Source of the DNA: an uncultured Thermoplasmata archaeon
Lineage (GTDB): Archaea; Thermoplasmatota; Thermoplasmata; Lutacidiplasmatales; UBA184
Length of the DNA stretch: 64,000 nucleotides
NCBI GenBank assembly: GCA_963809035.1
Contig: CAWEHV010000002.1
Coordinates: 2,173,601 to 2,237,600 of the forward strand
Direction of reading: 5' to 3'
Shown here: one piece after another, positions 25,826-35,835 of the stretch
How the letters are laid out: each line of letters begins with the position of its first letter
How positions within the stretch are numbered: position 1 is the first letter of the stretch
The notes under the pieces: model-generated
Told to the model about the DNA's origin: nothing
Seen by the model: the letters and a program-made list of their open reading frames with translations, nothing else
Database searches by the model: none
Made by a program: the position numbers and the translations under genes

Positions 25826-27331
25826 ATGAAGAGCGAAGAGCTGTTCGCGCTCCTCCGGCGGCGGGGCGTGCTCTGGCCTTCGGCCGAGATCTACGGCGGA
25901 ACCCAGGGGCTGTACGACTACGGTCCGCTCGGGTTCGCCCTCAAGCGGCGGGTCGAGGAGGCCTGGGCGGCCTGGTTCGTGGGCCTCTCGCACGACTACC
26001 ACCTCATCGAGCCCGCCGAGATCCTTCCCGAGGCGGTCGTCCGTGCCTCGGGCCACTTGGAGAACTTCACCGACCCCGAGGTCACGTGCGAGTCGTGTCA
26101 CTCCGCCTTCCGCGCCGAGACCATCCTCGAGAAGGTCCGGCCCGAAGGGGTCGACGGCCTCTCACCGGAGCAGATCGGCGAGATCGTCTCGTCCACCCAC
26201 GTGAAGTGCCCGACCTGTGGATCGCTCGCGCTGAGCGTCCCCCGCCCGTTCAACCTCATGTTTGGGGTGGACTGGGGGGTCACCAGCAAGGAACGGGCGT
26301 ACCTTCGGCCCGAGACCGCCCAGGGCAGTTACCTCTCCTTCGCCCGGATGTGGGACGTAGGGCGTCGCGCACTTCCGCTCGGGATCGCGGTGATCGGGAA
26401 AGCCTACCGGAATGAGATCGCGCCGCGGCAGGTGCTGTTCCGGATGCGGGCGTTCACCCAAGCCGAGCTCCAGATCTTCTTCGACCCCGCCGGCTTTCCC
26501 GTTCCGTTCGACCGGGTCCGGGAGGAGTCGTTGCCGATGCTGCGCGTCGACCGTCGCGAACTGGGCGAAGAGACGCCCGAGATGGTGCGGGCCGACGACC
26601 TCGTCCGTACGGGGGGGCTTCCCGAGTTCTATGTCTACCACCTCGTCCACACGGTTCGCTTCTTCCGGGATGTCCTCCGCTACCCGGCCGACCGGATCCG
26701 CCTGTTCGAGAAGTCGGACAAGGAGCGGGCGTTCTACAACCGCCTCCAGTTCGACGTCGAGGTCCGCCTGGACAGCCTGGCCGGCTACAAGGAACTCGGT
26801 GCGGTCCACTACCGGGGCGACTACGACCTCACCCGCCACAGCCTGGGGTCCGGCAAGGACCTCTCCGTGCACCCCACCGGGCGCGACCCCCTCCTGCCGC
26901 ACGTCCTCGAAATGACGTTCGGCGTCGACCGCAATATCTGGGGCCTAGCCGACCTTCACTTGACCCGCGAGGGCGAGCGGAACGTCTGGAAGCTCCCGAG
27001 CTATCTAGCCCCCGTGGCAGTCGGGGTCTTCCCGTTGATCGGAAAGGAGCACGCCGCCTACGCGCTCGCGCTCACCGACGAGCTCGCGACCCAAGGGATC
27101 TCCGCCCAGTACGACGACGGGAGCTCGATCGGCAAACGCTACGCCCGGATGGACGAGGCGGGGACGCCGTTCTGCATCACCGTCGACGGCGAGACGCTCG
27201 CCGACGGCCCCTCGAAGGACACGGTGACCCTCCGCCAGCGCGACTCCCGCGACCAGGAACGGGTTGCGCGGGCGGAACTCGGGAATCGGATCCTTCCGGG
27301 TCTCCGACCCCCGCGACCGTCCCGGGCGTAG
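25826..27331 (+). CDS. glyS: Glycine--tRNA ligase (archaeal/eukaryotic class II type)
   Basis: GGTQGLYDYGPLG, FRAE and RQVLFRMRAFTQAE class-II motifs, and zinc-ribbon-like CESC...CPTC. ATG at 25826. Confidence 0.9.
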   Translation: MKSEELFALLRRRGVLWPSAEIYGGTQGLYDYGPLGFALKRRVEEAWAAWFVGLSHDYHLIEPAEILPEAVVRASGHLENFTDPEVTCESCHSAFRAETILEKVRPEGVDGLSPEQIGEIVSSTHVKCPTCGSLALSVPRPFNLMFGVDWGVTSKERAYLRPETAQGSYLSFARMWDVGRRALPLGIAVIGKAYRNEIAPRQVLFRMRAFTQAELQIFFDPAGFPVPFDRVREESLPMLRVDRRELGEETPEMVRADDLVRTGGLPEFYVYHLVHTVRFFRDVLRYPADRIRLFEKSDKERAFYNRLQFDVEVRLDSLAGYKELGAVHYRGDYDLTRHSLGSGKDLSVHPTGRDPLLPHVLEMTFGVDRNIWGLADLHLTREGERNVWKLPSYLAPVAVGVFPLIGKEHAAYALALTDELATQGISAQYDDGSSIGKRYARMDEAGTPFCITVDGETLADGPSKDTVTLRQRDSRDQERVARAELGNRILPGLRPPRPSRA

Positions 27332-27393
27332 CCTGAGCCCGCTTTCCGTGGCACAACAACGGATATATCGCGCGGCCCGGTGTGTTTCTCTCG

Positions 27394-28044
27394 ATGGCAA
27401 CCGGCGGAACCCCTCCCGAGTCGCCGGGTCCGGGCACCCCCCTCGCCGCCCGACGGTCCCGTTGGATCGGCCAGCAGTACGCGGACATCACGAAACTGCG
27501 CGAACATGCCGCGCGCTACGACCGAGCTTCCGCCCGCGCCCAGCAGCGTGTGGCCCGCATCAACACGAGGATCGAGAAGCTCCGTCATCAGGCTACGCTC
27601 CTCCGGGAAAAGGCGCAGAAGATCCTCGCCGAGACTCCCGAAATCGAACAGCAGATCAAGCAGCACGAACGCGACATCGCGGCCTCCACGAGCCAGCGGC
27701 AGCGCGCCGCTCCCCCGGGTCAGCCGTACGCGATCGGCATGACGAGCGATGTCACCAGTCTTCACTACCGGATCCGAAAGCTGCAACAGAAGGTCGTCGA
27801 CAAGCAGCAGAAGTCGCGCCATCTGGAACTGCGGGCGGCCCAGAAGACGCAGAAGACCGCCGAACTGAAGGTGAAGGTCGACCGCTACACGGAGGCCGCT
27901 CGGCTCCATGAGCAGGAGGCGAACGCCTACCGCCAGCGGGCCGACCGGCTCCAGGCAGTAAGCGAGAGCGACGTCTCCTCCCACCTGACCGCGACCGCCA
28001 CTCCGCCGACCAGCCCGAGCGACGAGCCCCCGCGACCGCCATGA
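27394..28044 (+). CDS. Hypothetical coiled-coil protein
   Basis: Long heptad-like Q/K/E/R-rich segment (RIEKLRHQATLLREKAQKILAETPEIEQQIKQHERD...), with a palindromic TATA GATATATC ~30 nt upstream of ATG 27394. Its stop overlaps the next gene (ATGA). Confidence 0.5.
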   Translation: MATGGTPPESPGPGTPLAARRSRWIGQQYADITKLREHAARYDRASARAQQRVARINTRIEKLRHQATLLREKAQKILAETPEIEQQIKQHERDIAASTSQRQRAAPPGQPYAIGMTSDVTSLHYRIRKLQQKVVDKQQKSRHLELRAAQKTQKTAELKVKVDRYTEAARLHEQEANAYRQRADRLQAVSESDVSSHLTATATPPTSPSDEPPRPP

Positions 28045-28589
28045 AGCTCATCGTCACGGTCGGGATGCCCGGCTCCGGCAAGGACGAGCTCCTCGAGATC
28101 GCCCGCTCGATCGGGCTCGCGACCCTCAAGATGGGCGACCTCGTCCGGGACGAGACGCGACGCCGGGGCCTTCCGCTGACCAACCCCAACGTCGGGCGGG
28201 TCGCCTCCGAGGAGCGCGACAAGCACGGCGGTGGCATCTGGGCCCAACGGGCCTTGCCGAAGCTCACCGAGACCCGGATGCTCGTGGACGGGTGCCGGTC
28301 CGACACCGAGGTCACGGTCTTCCGCCACAACTTCGGCGACCTTTTCGTACTCGGGATCTTCGCGTCGCCCGAGACCCGGTACGACCGCATGACGACCCGC
28401 AGCCGGAACGACGACGGCGGGAGCCTCCAAGACTTCTTCGACCGCGACCGGAGGGAACTCAAGTGGGGGATCGGGAACGCTTTCGCCCTCGCGGACGGGA
28501 TGCTGATCAACGAGGGCCCGATCGAGACGTTCCGGCGCGACGGCCGGGCGACGCTGGAGAAGATCCTCGCCCACAAGGACGAGGACTGA
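28041..28589 (+). CDS. UPF0200-family P-loop nucleotide kinase-like protein
   Basis: Walker A VGMPGSGKDE, then SMGDLVRDE, ETRYDRMTTRSRNDD and ELKWGIGNA motifs shared with archaeal UPF0200 / AAA-type kinases. Confidence 0.65.
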   Translation: MKLIVTVGMPGSGKDELLEIARSIGLATLKMGDLVRDETRRRGLPLTNPNVGRVASEERDKHGGGIWAQRALPKLTETRMLVDGCRSDTEVTVFRHNFGDLFVLGIFASPETRYDRMTTRSRNDDGGSLQDFFDRDRRELKWGIGNAFALADGMLINEGPIETFRRDGRATLEKILAHKDED

Positions 28590-28599
28590 GGTCCGGGGC

Positions 28600-29235
28600 C
28601 TAGGACGCCGGAGCCGCGAACAGTTCCCGCACGCCGTCGAACCGCTCCCGGTCCACGACCACCACGACGCGGGAGTGGGTCGCGGCGAGGCGTCGGGTCG
28701 ACTGGACCAGATGCAGGTCGCGGGCCGCGGCGAACCGCCGCGAGCCCCGGCCCCGTGCGATGTGGTGATCCCACCGGAGAGCGAACTCGTCCGGGCTGTC
28801 CGGTGCCGGAGGGTTGCGCGAGACGTTGCGTTCCCGGACCGTGCGCCGCACGAGTTCGAGGTACCCGATGTTCTCTGCGAAGAGCGTGGCGATCTCGTCC
28901 TCGCTGGGGTCGAGGCCCTCCACCCGGATCCCGCCGGCGGTCGCCCATCGGGCGACCTCGAGGAAGGAGGGGTTGGGCACGGAGACCTCCCCGAACCGGA
29001 CGAGGCCCCGGACCTCGCTGCGCTCGGCCGTCGTGAGGGGGACGACCGGTTCCGCGGGGGAGCGTACGAAGTACTCGATCAATCCCCGGAGCTCCTCGGG
29101 GGAGGTCCCGAATCCGACCGCCGAGGGGGCATGCCCCTGGACCGATCGGACCGCCGTGGGCGCCTCGCTCGCCAAGCCCCGCACCGGGGCGATCAGCAGG
29201 ATGTCCCCGACGTCGGAAAGGCGGGCGGTGATCAC
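28600..29235 (-). CDS. Hypothetical protein, possibly degenerate TraB-like
   Basis: 211 aa, translationally coupled (ATGA) to the upstream regulator gene. It loosely resembles the TraB-family N-terminal (ILLIAPVRGLASEAPTAVRSV) and C-terminal (RVVVVVDRERFDGV) regions, but the catalytic His positions are replaced. Confidence 0.45.
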   Translation of the reverse strand: MITARLSDVGDILLIAPVRGLASEAPTAVRSVQGHAPSAVGFGTSPEELRGLIEYFVRSPAEPVVPLTTAERSEVRGLVRFGEVSVPNPSFLEVARWATAGGIRVEGLDPSEDEIATLFAENIGYLELVRRTVRERNVSRNPPAPDSPDEFALRWDHHIARGRGSRRFAAARDLHLVQSTRRLAATHSRVVVVVDRERFDGVRELFAAPAS

Positions 29236-30248
29236 GGACCTTCGCGCTCCGACAGGTCGTCGAAGAGGTCGTCCCGGTCGCGGTGTCGGCGTAGCTCGCG
29301 CACGTTGAGGATCGGCAGACCGTCGATCGTGGGACGGTGAACGTTCTCCGCCACGACGAACATGGCGTGCCCCTCGGCGACACGAGAGAGCTCGTAGAGG
29401 ATCTCGGCCCGGTGGAACGCGGTCCGGAGGCTGCCGACCCCGGTGAGAAGGATCTGGGGGGATCGGGAGAACGCATCGAACGGAGCGCGGACCGTTACCG
29501 TCACCTCAAACCCGAGGCCGTCCAGTTGATCGAGGACCCCGTCCCGCAGGGCGTCCCCCGTCCGGACCCGGGTTCGGATGGCCGATGCGCTACCTCCCGC
29601 CTCGTTCGACCGAGCGGGGGTGCCGGTAGCGCCGTCGGGTGTCTGCGCGGATGCGGGCCTCGGCGCGGTCCCGCCGAAGATCTCGATCGGGGAGACGATC
29701 GGTTCGCCGAGGAACGTCTCGATCCGCTCGATGACGTCAATCTCGGCCCCGGCGCCATCCTCGTACAGCTGGATCGCGCGACGTGACACACCGGCCACGG
29801 TAGCCAGGGTGCCCAGCGACAACCCGCGCCCCAGCCGGAGGTCGCGGAGCCGCTCGCCCGAGATCCGCGCGAACGTTCCCCCCGGACTCGCGTAGAGGAA
29901 GGGCGGAACGCCCTCCTCCAGGTACTCGCGGAGGGTCTCCTCGTTGACGATCGGGACCCCGTATCGGGTGTAGACCACCCCTGGGTCGAGCTCGGCCGCC
30001 CCCGAGGCCTGGCCGATGATCAGGACCGTCGCTGGAAAGAGATGCCCGAGCTCGAGCAACCGGATGGCTTCCTCGGACCCGAGCGCGTCGATGTTCTTCA
30101 GGACCTTGATGAGGAGGAGAGTGGCATCGCGACGGGCTGCCAGGTCGAAGCTAGACGGGCGTACCCCGTGCGAATCCGCGACGTAGAACCCCGACCGGCC
30201 GAGAAGGTCCCGGATCTGCTCGATCCAGCGTTCGCGGGTCCGCGGCAT
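29232..30248 (-). CDS. Putative transcriptional regulator with central XRE-type HTH (COG1395-like)
   Basis: HTH_XRE-like segment LSLGTLATVAGVSRRAIQLYEDG inside a 338-aa protein; leaderless ATG 30248, ~30 nt downstream of a TATA box. Confidence 0.6.
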   Translation of the reverse strand: MPRTRERWIEQIRDLLGRSGFYVADSHGVRPSSFDLAARRDATLLLIKVLKNIDALGSEEAIRLLELGHLFPATVLIIGQASGAAELDPGVVYTRYGVPIVNEETLREYLEEGVPPFLYASPGGTFARISGERLRDLRLGRGLSLGTLATVAGVSRRAIQLYEDGAGAEIDVIERIETFLGEPIVSPIEIFGGTAPRPASAQTPDGATGTPARSNEAGGSASAIRTRVRTGDALRDGVLDQLDGLGFEVTVTVRAPFDAFSRSPQILLTGVGSLRTAFHRAEILYELSRVAEGHAMFVVAENVHRPTIDGLPILNVRELRRHRDRDDLFDDLSEREGP

Positions 30249-30278
30249 CTCTGACCCCTCGAACTACGATTACAACTT

Positions 30279-30291
30279 CTACATAAATACC
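30279..30291. promoter_or_regulatory. Bidirectional TATA element (TACATAAATAC) between the COG1395 regulator (minus) and the phosphoesterase (plus)
   Basis: AT-rich box ~32 nt upstream of leaderless ATG 30248 on the minus strand; on the plus strand it places the TSS ahead of ATG 30368. Confidence 0.45.
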
Positions 30292-30367
30292 TATGGTCGG
30301 TCCTCTCGAGAGGGGGTGTCGCGTGGGGAGTCGGAATGGTCATGCGGCGGATCCGTGTCCCGGGGCC

Positions 30368-31195
30368 ATGGTACCGGGGATCGCTCCGGTCCCGGGAGCT
30401 CCGGTCCTCCGGCTCGACCCCGGGTCGGACGAGATGGTGAGCCTGCTGCTCGCCGACCTTCACCTGGGGCTCGGCGCGAGCCATGACCGCCCCGCCGGAC
30501 CTCCCGAGGCCTCGGGCCCGGTGCTCGCGGAGCGAGTGCTGCACCTCGCACGTGCCGCGCGGGCGGGTCGCGTAGTCATCGCGGGCGACGTGAAGCACCC
30601 TATCGTCGGTACCCCGCCGGCGCTCCGCTCAGTGATCTTCGATTTCTTCTCCACCTTGCTCGGAGGTGGGCTGCGAGTGGAGGTCGTGCTCGGGAATCAC
30701 GACGTCGGTCTCACTCGCCACCTGCCCCGAGAAGTGGCCGTCCATCCGGCCGCCGGCGTTGTCCGGGACGAGGTCGGAATATTCCATGGGCACTGCTGGC
30801 CATCGAACCGGGTCCTCCGGGCCCCGCGACTGGTCGTCGGCCACCTCCATCCCGGCTTCCGTCTCGCGCCCAGCCCGGACGACCCTCTCGGAAAGCGACG
30901 CTGCTGGGTCCGGGTGGAATTCCCGCCGCTCCGGATCCCCTCGCGCCGACGGCGGCGTCATGCCATCGTGCGGGCGCGCGAGCTGATCGTCCTCCCCGCG
31001 TTCAACCCGATCGCCGGCACGGAGGCGCTCAACCGTGAGCGTCCGGCCCGAGGGCGGTCGTTCCTGTACGGGAGGTTCCTCTCCCGCGGCACGGCCCGGG
31101 CCTACTTGCTCGACGGGACGGACCTTGGCGTTCTCACGCTGCCCCGGCCGACGGCCCGACCTCGAGCAGTCTCCGCAGCGCCGCGGAGTCGGTGA
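30368..31195 (+). CDS. Calcineurin-like metallophosphoesterase (ICC/COG1407-like)
   Basis: ADLHLG, IAGDVKH, VLGNHD and GHLHPG phosphoesterase motifs. The start is set at the first in-frame ATG after the TATA box at 30281-30289. Confidence 0.65.
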   Translation: MVPGIAPVPGAPVLRLDPGSDEMVSLLLADLHLGLGASHDRPAGPPEASGPVLAERVLHLARAARAGRVVIAGDVKHPIVGTPPALRSVIFDFFSTLLGGGLRVEVVLGNHDVGLTRHLPREVAVHPAAGVVRDEVGIFHGHCWPSNRVLRAPRLVVGHLHPGFRLAPSPDDPLGKRRCWVRVEFPPLRIPSRRRRRHAIVRARELIVLPAFNPIAGTEALNRERPARGRSFLYGRFLSRGTARAYLLDGTDLGVLTLPRPTARPRAVSAAPRSR

Positions 31196-33239
31196 CGGGC
31201 GGGGCGCACGAAGTCCCGAAACAGACCAGCGCCCGTGGGGCCTCCCCACGGCCCGGGGCGGGGGCCGCGACCGGAAGGGCGAAGGGCGGGGGCGGGTGGC
31301 CCTCGAAGACCCAGGCGTTCGGGTGCCACGTCCGTCGGGCGGTCCGGGCGAGCCCACGGGCTTCCGTCCCCGAGCCCTCCACGATGACGGTCGCCGGCTC
31401 CCCCGTCGCGAGCCCACACGCGAGAGCCGCACCGGCCGCGAAGAGGCCGGCGTGGCCGATGCGCTGGGCGATGGGAGGGAGGAGCGCCACGGCCTTCGCG
31501 CGCCAGCGGTCGTCGTGCGTCAAGCTCGCGAGGCGAACGAAGGCGATCGCGGCCGCGGAATTGGCGGCGAGATGCGGGCTGTCCTCGAGCGGGTAGCTCG
31601 GTTCCTTCAACGCGCCGAGAGACGGACCGTCGTAGAGCCGGGGCGAGAGGTCCCGGAGGAGCCCGTCCTCGCCGCGGAATTCCCGGTCGACCAGCCCGAG
31701 GAGCGTCGACGCCGCTTCGACGTACCGGGGCTCGGCGAGTGCCCCGCCCAGTTCGATCAGCCCGCCGGCGAACGCGACCTGATCTTCGAGGAGTCCCCAT
31801 CCCCGCCCCCCCTCCGGATCGAGCCGGTGGGCCACGCCTCGGTCCGGGTCGTAGGCACGCGATAGGAACCGGTCGGCCGCCCGTCGGGCGTCGGCGATCA
31901 CGACCGCCTCTCCTAGGACGGTTCCCGCCTGCGCGAACGCGGCGATGAAGCGCCCATTGATGTCCGCGTAGAGGGCCCGGTCGACGGCGGGAGCGGCCCG
32001 ACCTGCCCGCGTCGCGCGTAGCTTTCCGAGGACCCGGTCGAGGAGGGCGGCCGGGCCTCCCGGGAAGGAGAGCCCCTGCGCCGCCTCTTCCAGGGACAGC
32101 ATCCGGAAGAGGACGTTCCTTTCGGGGTCGTGGGGCATCCGCCCGTCCGTGCCGACTCCGAAGAAGCGGGCGGCGAAGCGGGCCTCGTCGGGGTCGAGCG
32201 CCGCCTTGAGCTCGGCCCGGCTCCACGTGAAGTATCCTCCGTCGTCGCCGGGGGCGTTGTCGGCGTCCTGGCTCGACCCGAACCCTCCCGCCGGATCCTC
32301 GAGCACCTCTCGTACCCAGGCGACCGTTCCTCGGACGACCTCTTCGAAGCGCGGATCTCCGAAGCGCCGGACCCCATCGACGTACGCCGACAGCAACGCC
32401 GCGTTGTCGACTCCCATCTTCTCGAAGTGGGGGACGTGCCAGCCCTCGTCGACGGAGTACCGGTGGAACCCGCCCCCGACCTGGTCGTAGAGTCCCCCAT
32501 CCGCCATGCGGCGCAGCGTTTCGGCCGCCCGCTCGTCGCTGAGCGCGCGGTGGTTCTGGCGACCGTCCCAGAGGAAGAGGGAGACCGCGGTGGGGTGCGG
32601 GAACTTTGGTGCCATCCCGAAGCCCCCGTTCACCGGGTCGTATCCGGAATGGGCTTCGGAGAGGACTTGGCCTTGGAAGGCGTCGAGCGCCCGTGCGTCG
32701 GGCGCCCGGGCGTTCCGCATCCGTTCGAGGGCTCCCTGTACTGCGCGTGAGTTCTCTTGGATCTTCTCCGGTTCCTCGTGCCACAGCCGGGCGACCTCCT
32801 TCAGGACGCGCCGGAAGCCGGGCCGACCGTGGCCATCCATCGGCGGGAAGTACGTGCCCCCGAGGAACACCTCGCCGGCGGGGGTGAGGAAGGCCGTCAG
32901 GGGCCATCCTCCCTCACCGGTGAGCGCGCCGACCTGACGCTGATAGCGGCGGTCGACCTCGGGGTTCTCGTCCCGGTCGACTTTTACGGCGACGAAATCC
33001 TGGGCCAGAAGGCGCCCCACCTCGGCGTCGACATACGTTCCCTCGTCCATGACATGACACCAATGGCACCAGGACGCCCCGATGTCGAGCAGGATCGGGC
33101 GGTTGGTCCGCTGGGCGAGCTCGAACGGTTCCGGTCCCCACGGATGCCAGTCGATCGGTTGCTCCGCCGCGCTGCGGAGGTACACCGAGCTCCGATTGGC
33201 CAGGCGATTCGCTCGGCCCGGCTCGCTCGCACCCGGCAT
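31134..33239 (-). CDS. Thioredoxin-domain protein YyaL/DUF255 (N-acyl-glucosamine 2-epimerase-like superfamily)
   Basis: NRLANRSSVYLRSAAEQPIDWHPWGPEPF...DIGASWCHWCHVMDEGTY thioredoxin-like CxxC region, then a six-hairpin glycosidase-like domain. ATG at 33239. Confidence 0.8.
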   Translation of the reverse strand: MPGASEPGRANRLANRSSVYLRSAAEQPIDWHPWGPEPFELAQRTNRPILLDIGASWCHWCHVMDEGTYVDAEVGRLLAQDFVAVKVDRDENPEVDRRYQRQVGALTGEGGWPLTAFLTPAGEVFLGGTYFPPMDGHGRPGFRRVLKEVARLWHEEPEKIQENSRAVQGALERMRNARAPDARALDAFQGQVLSEAHSGYDPVNGGFGMAPKFPHPTAVSLFLWDGRQNHRALSDERAAETLRRMADGGLYDQVGGGFHRYSVDEGWHVPHFEKMGVDNAALLSAYVDGVRRFGDPRFEEVVRGTVAWVREVLEDPAGGFGSSQDADNAPGDDGGYFTWSRAELKAALDPDEARFAARFFGVGTDGRMPHDPERNVLFRMLSLEEAAQGLSFPGGPAALLDRVLGKLRATRAGRAAPAVDRALYADINGRFIAAFAQAGTVLGEAVVIADARRAADRFLSRAYDPDRGVAHRLDPEGGRGWGLLEDQVAFAGGLIELGGALAEPRYVEAASTLLGLVDREFRGEDGLLRDLSPRLYDGPSLGALKEPSYPLEDSPHLAANSAAAIAFVRLASLTHDDRWRAKAVALLPPIAQRIGHAGLFAAGAALACGLATGEPATVIVEGSGTEARGLARTARRTWHPNAWVFEGHPPPPFALPVAAPAPGRGEAPRALVCFGTSCAPPVTDSAALRRLLEVGPSAGAA

Positions 33240-33347
33240 CCACTCGTCCGGCTCGAGACGGCAGATACGCTTGTCGGGCGGGTCGTCGGCGGCCTCCACT
33301 CCCCGGCGACGGGTCGTAATCGGCTGACGAGGGCGTAACCGCCCCGG

Positions 33348-33362
33348 TGCCTCTTATAAAGG
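33348..33362 (+). promoter_or_regulatory. Canonical archaeal TATA box (CTCTTATAAAGGGG) ~33 nt upstream of the psmA ATG
   Basis: The perfect TTATAAA element is flanked by GC-rich DNA at the correct spacing. Confidence 0.6.
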
Positions 33363-33392
33363 GGTCCCGGGTGGCCGGACCGGAGTCGCTCC

Positions 33393-34148
33393 ATGGAGAT
33401 GCAACCCGGCCAGATGGCCTACGACCGGGCGATCACGGTCTTTTCCCCCGACGGCCGGTTGTTCCAGGTCGAATACGCCCGGGAAGCTGTGCGCCGCGGT
33501 GCCACGACCGCGGGTGTGGTCTACTCCGGCGGAGTCGTGCTGATCGCCGACCGCCGGATCCCGAACCCTAAGCTCGCCGAGGCCGCGAGCCTTGAGAAGA
33601 TCCACCAGATCGACGAGAATATCGCGTGCGCCACCGCCGGGCTGGTCGCCGATGCCCGGGTGCTGGTCGACTACGCCCGCCTCTCCGCCCAGATCAATCG
33701 GATCACGTATTCGGAGCCGATGTCCGTCGAGCTCCTCGTACGGAAGATCTGCGATTACAAACAGCAGTACACCCAGTTCGGCGGCGTCCGCCCCTTTGGG
33801 ACGGCACTCCTGGTCGGAGGGTATGACGACTCTGGCATCCGGCTGTTCGAGACGGAACCCTCCGGATCCCTCACGAGCTTCAAGGCCTCCAGCACCGGGG
33901 GCAACAAGGGCCCGGTAATGGAGCTCTTCGAACAGAAGTATCGGCCCGGCTTGGACCGGGACTCGGCGATCCTCCTCGCGCTCGAGGGCCTTCGGGCCGG
34001 ATTGGACGAGGGAGGAAGTCTCATCCAAGTGGAGGTCGTGACCATGGACCAGGGCAAGGGCATGACGCGCCTGCCGAGCGACGAGATCCAGAAGTTTGTG
34101 GCCCGACTGCCCGCTCCCTCCGGAGCGAGTCGGGCGAACCGGCCGTGA
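33393..34148 (+). CDS. psmA: Proteasome subunit alpha
   Basis: MQPGQMAYDRAITVFSPDGRLFQVEYA is the diagnostic N-terminus of archaeal PsmA; the gene is full length. Confidence 0.95.
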   Translation: MEMQPGQMAYDRAITVFSPDGRLFQVEYAREAVRRGATTAGVVYSGGVVLIADRRIPNPKLAEAASLEKIHQIDENIACATAGLVADARVLVDYARLSAQINRITYSEPMSVELLVRKICDYKQQYTQFGGVRPFGTALLVGGYDDSGIRLFETEPSGSLTSFKASSTGGNKGPVMELFEQKYRPGLDRDSAILLALEGLRAGLDEGGSLIQVEVVTMDQGKGMTRLPSDEIQKFVARLPAPSGASRANRP

Positions 34149-34915
34149 GCGGCGGCATCCCGAGAACCCACCATCCCCCCCCGAAGTCCGCGAAGGGCCG
34201 GGGTCCCTCCTCGGGTCGGGGCGTCACGGTCGACACCGCGGTCATCGCCCGGCTGGAGATCGACGGGTCCCGGTTCGAGGTCCTCGTCGACCCGGAAGCG
34301 GCCCAGGCGATCAAGGACGGGAAGGACGTCGACCTTTCCGACAAGCTCGCGCTCGACCAGGTGTTCAAGGACGCCAAGAAGGGCGACCAGGTCTCGGACG
34401 AGCACCTGGAGAAGACGTTCCACACACGAGACCTCGCTACGATCGCGAAACAGATCGTGCTCAAGGGCGAGGTCCAGGTCACGACCGAGCAGCGCCACCA
34501 GCTCCAAGCGTTGAAGCACCAACAGATCGTCCAGACGATCGCCCGCAACGCGATGAACCCCCAGACCGGCGCGCCGCACCCGGCGGCGCGGATCGACGCG
34601 GCGATGACCGAGGTGAAGTACCACGTCGACCCCTTCCGGCCGGTCGACGTCCAGGTCCAGGAGGTCCTGCAGAAGCTGCGGCCCATCCTCCCGATCCGGC
34701 TCGATGTCGTGAAGGTCCGCATCCGGCTGCCGGCCCAGCACTATCCTCGGGTCATCGGCGAACTCAAGGGGATCGGGAAGATCCTCGAGGAACAGTGGCT
34801 CGCGGACGGCACGTGGTCGGGCATGGTCGAGATTCCCGCGGGCGTGCAGACCGAACTCTACGAGATGCTCAACGCGCGCACGAAAGGCGCCGCCGAGACC
34901 GCCTTAGTTAAATAG
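34145..34915 (+). CDS. Ribosome maturation factor SBDS/Sdo1
   Basis: VIARLEIDGSRFEVLVDPEAA...KDGKDVDL SBDS N-domain, with a GTG start in a GTGA overlap with the psmA stop. Confidence 0.85.
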   Translation: MSGGIPRTHHPPPKSAKGRGPSSGRGVTVDTAVIARLEIDGSRFEVLVDPEAAQAIKDGKDVDLSDKLALDQVFKDAKKGDQVSDEHLEKTFHTRDLATIAKQIVLKGEVQVTTEQRHQLQALKHQQIVQTIARNAMNPQTGAPHPAARIDAAMTEVKYHVDPFRPVDVQVQEVLQKLRPILPIRLDVVKVRIRLPAQHYPRVIGELKGIGKILEEQWLADGTWSGMVEIPAGVQTELYEMLNARTKGAAETALVK

Positions 34916-34952
34916 CGTCCCCCCGTCGGCGCGCTCCGGTGCAGCACAACCA

Positions 34953-35813
34953 ATGTCCCAAGCTCAGCGATCGGGCCACCGTCGGCGTGGCCGCGAGGAT
35001 TCGTCCTCGCATCCCTCTGGGGATCGAATACTAGTTCTCCCCGGTCAGGAGCTCCCGAGCCAGGGCCTCAAGCCCGGCCCAGGGACCTACCGCGTGGGTG
35101 GCAAGGTCTACGCCAGCGTACTCGGTCTCTTGACCACCAAGCCGCCCTTTCTCCAGGTGCTCCCCCTCTCCGGCGGGTACATCCCCAAGCCCAACGACGT
35201 CGTCATCGGCACGGTGACCGACTGCCAGGGGACGTTCTGGCTGCTGGACATCGGCGCCCCCCGGTGGGCCCCGCTCCACATGACGGGCACCCCGTGGAAC
35301 GTCGAGATCGGAGAGACCGAGAAGTTCCTTCGCGTGCGGGATTCGGTCATCGTTCGCGTCGAGAACCTCGACCCCACGGGGCGGATCGGCGTCACGATGC
35401 TCGGCGACGGCCTCGGGAAGCTGGAGGGGGGCACGATCGTCACGGTCTCCCCCGCCCGGATCCCCCGCGTCGTCGGTCGGGGAGGTTCGATGATCGAGAC
35501 GATCACGCGGCACACCGGGGCCCAGGTCGCGGTGGGCCAGAATGGGCGGGTCTGGATCAATGGGACGCCGGACGCGATCCTCCGTGCGAGCGAGGCGCTC
35601 CGCCTCATCGAGGATCAAGCCCAGCGTCGGGGCCTGACCGAGCGCGTCGAGAGCTACCTCGTCTCCACCTCCTCTTCCAACGACCGCGGCCCCGAGACCG
35701 CCGCACGCGAGAGCGCGCATCGAGATGCGCCGCCCCAGCATGTCCCCCCGGTGGGACCGGCGGACGAACGGATCGACCCGGAGAGCGTGGGTCCGGGACC
35801 CGACGAGTACTGA
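34953..35813 (+). CDS. rrp4: Exosome complex RNA-binding subunit Rrp4 (S1 + KH)
   Basis: Its position in the exosome operon, the S1 domain ([10 protein letters not shown]...), the KH domain ([15 protein letters not shown]), and the GxxG loop. Confidence 0.9.
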   Translation: MSQAQRSGHRRRGREDSSSHPSGDRILVLPGQELPSQGLKPGPGTYRVGGKVYASVLGLLTTKPPFLQVLPLSGGYIPKPNDVVIGTVTDCQGTFWLLDIGAPRWAPLHMTGTPWNVEIGETEKFLRVRDSVIVRVENLDPTGRIGVTMLGDGLGKLEGGTIVTVSPARIPRVVGRGGSMIETITRHTGAQVAVGQNGRVWINGTPDAILRASEALRLIEDQAQRRGLTERVESYLVSTSSSNDRGPETAARESAHRDAPPQHVPPVGPADERIDPESVGPGPDEY

Positions 35814-35835
35814 TCTTCCAAGGAGCAACAAGAGC

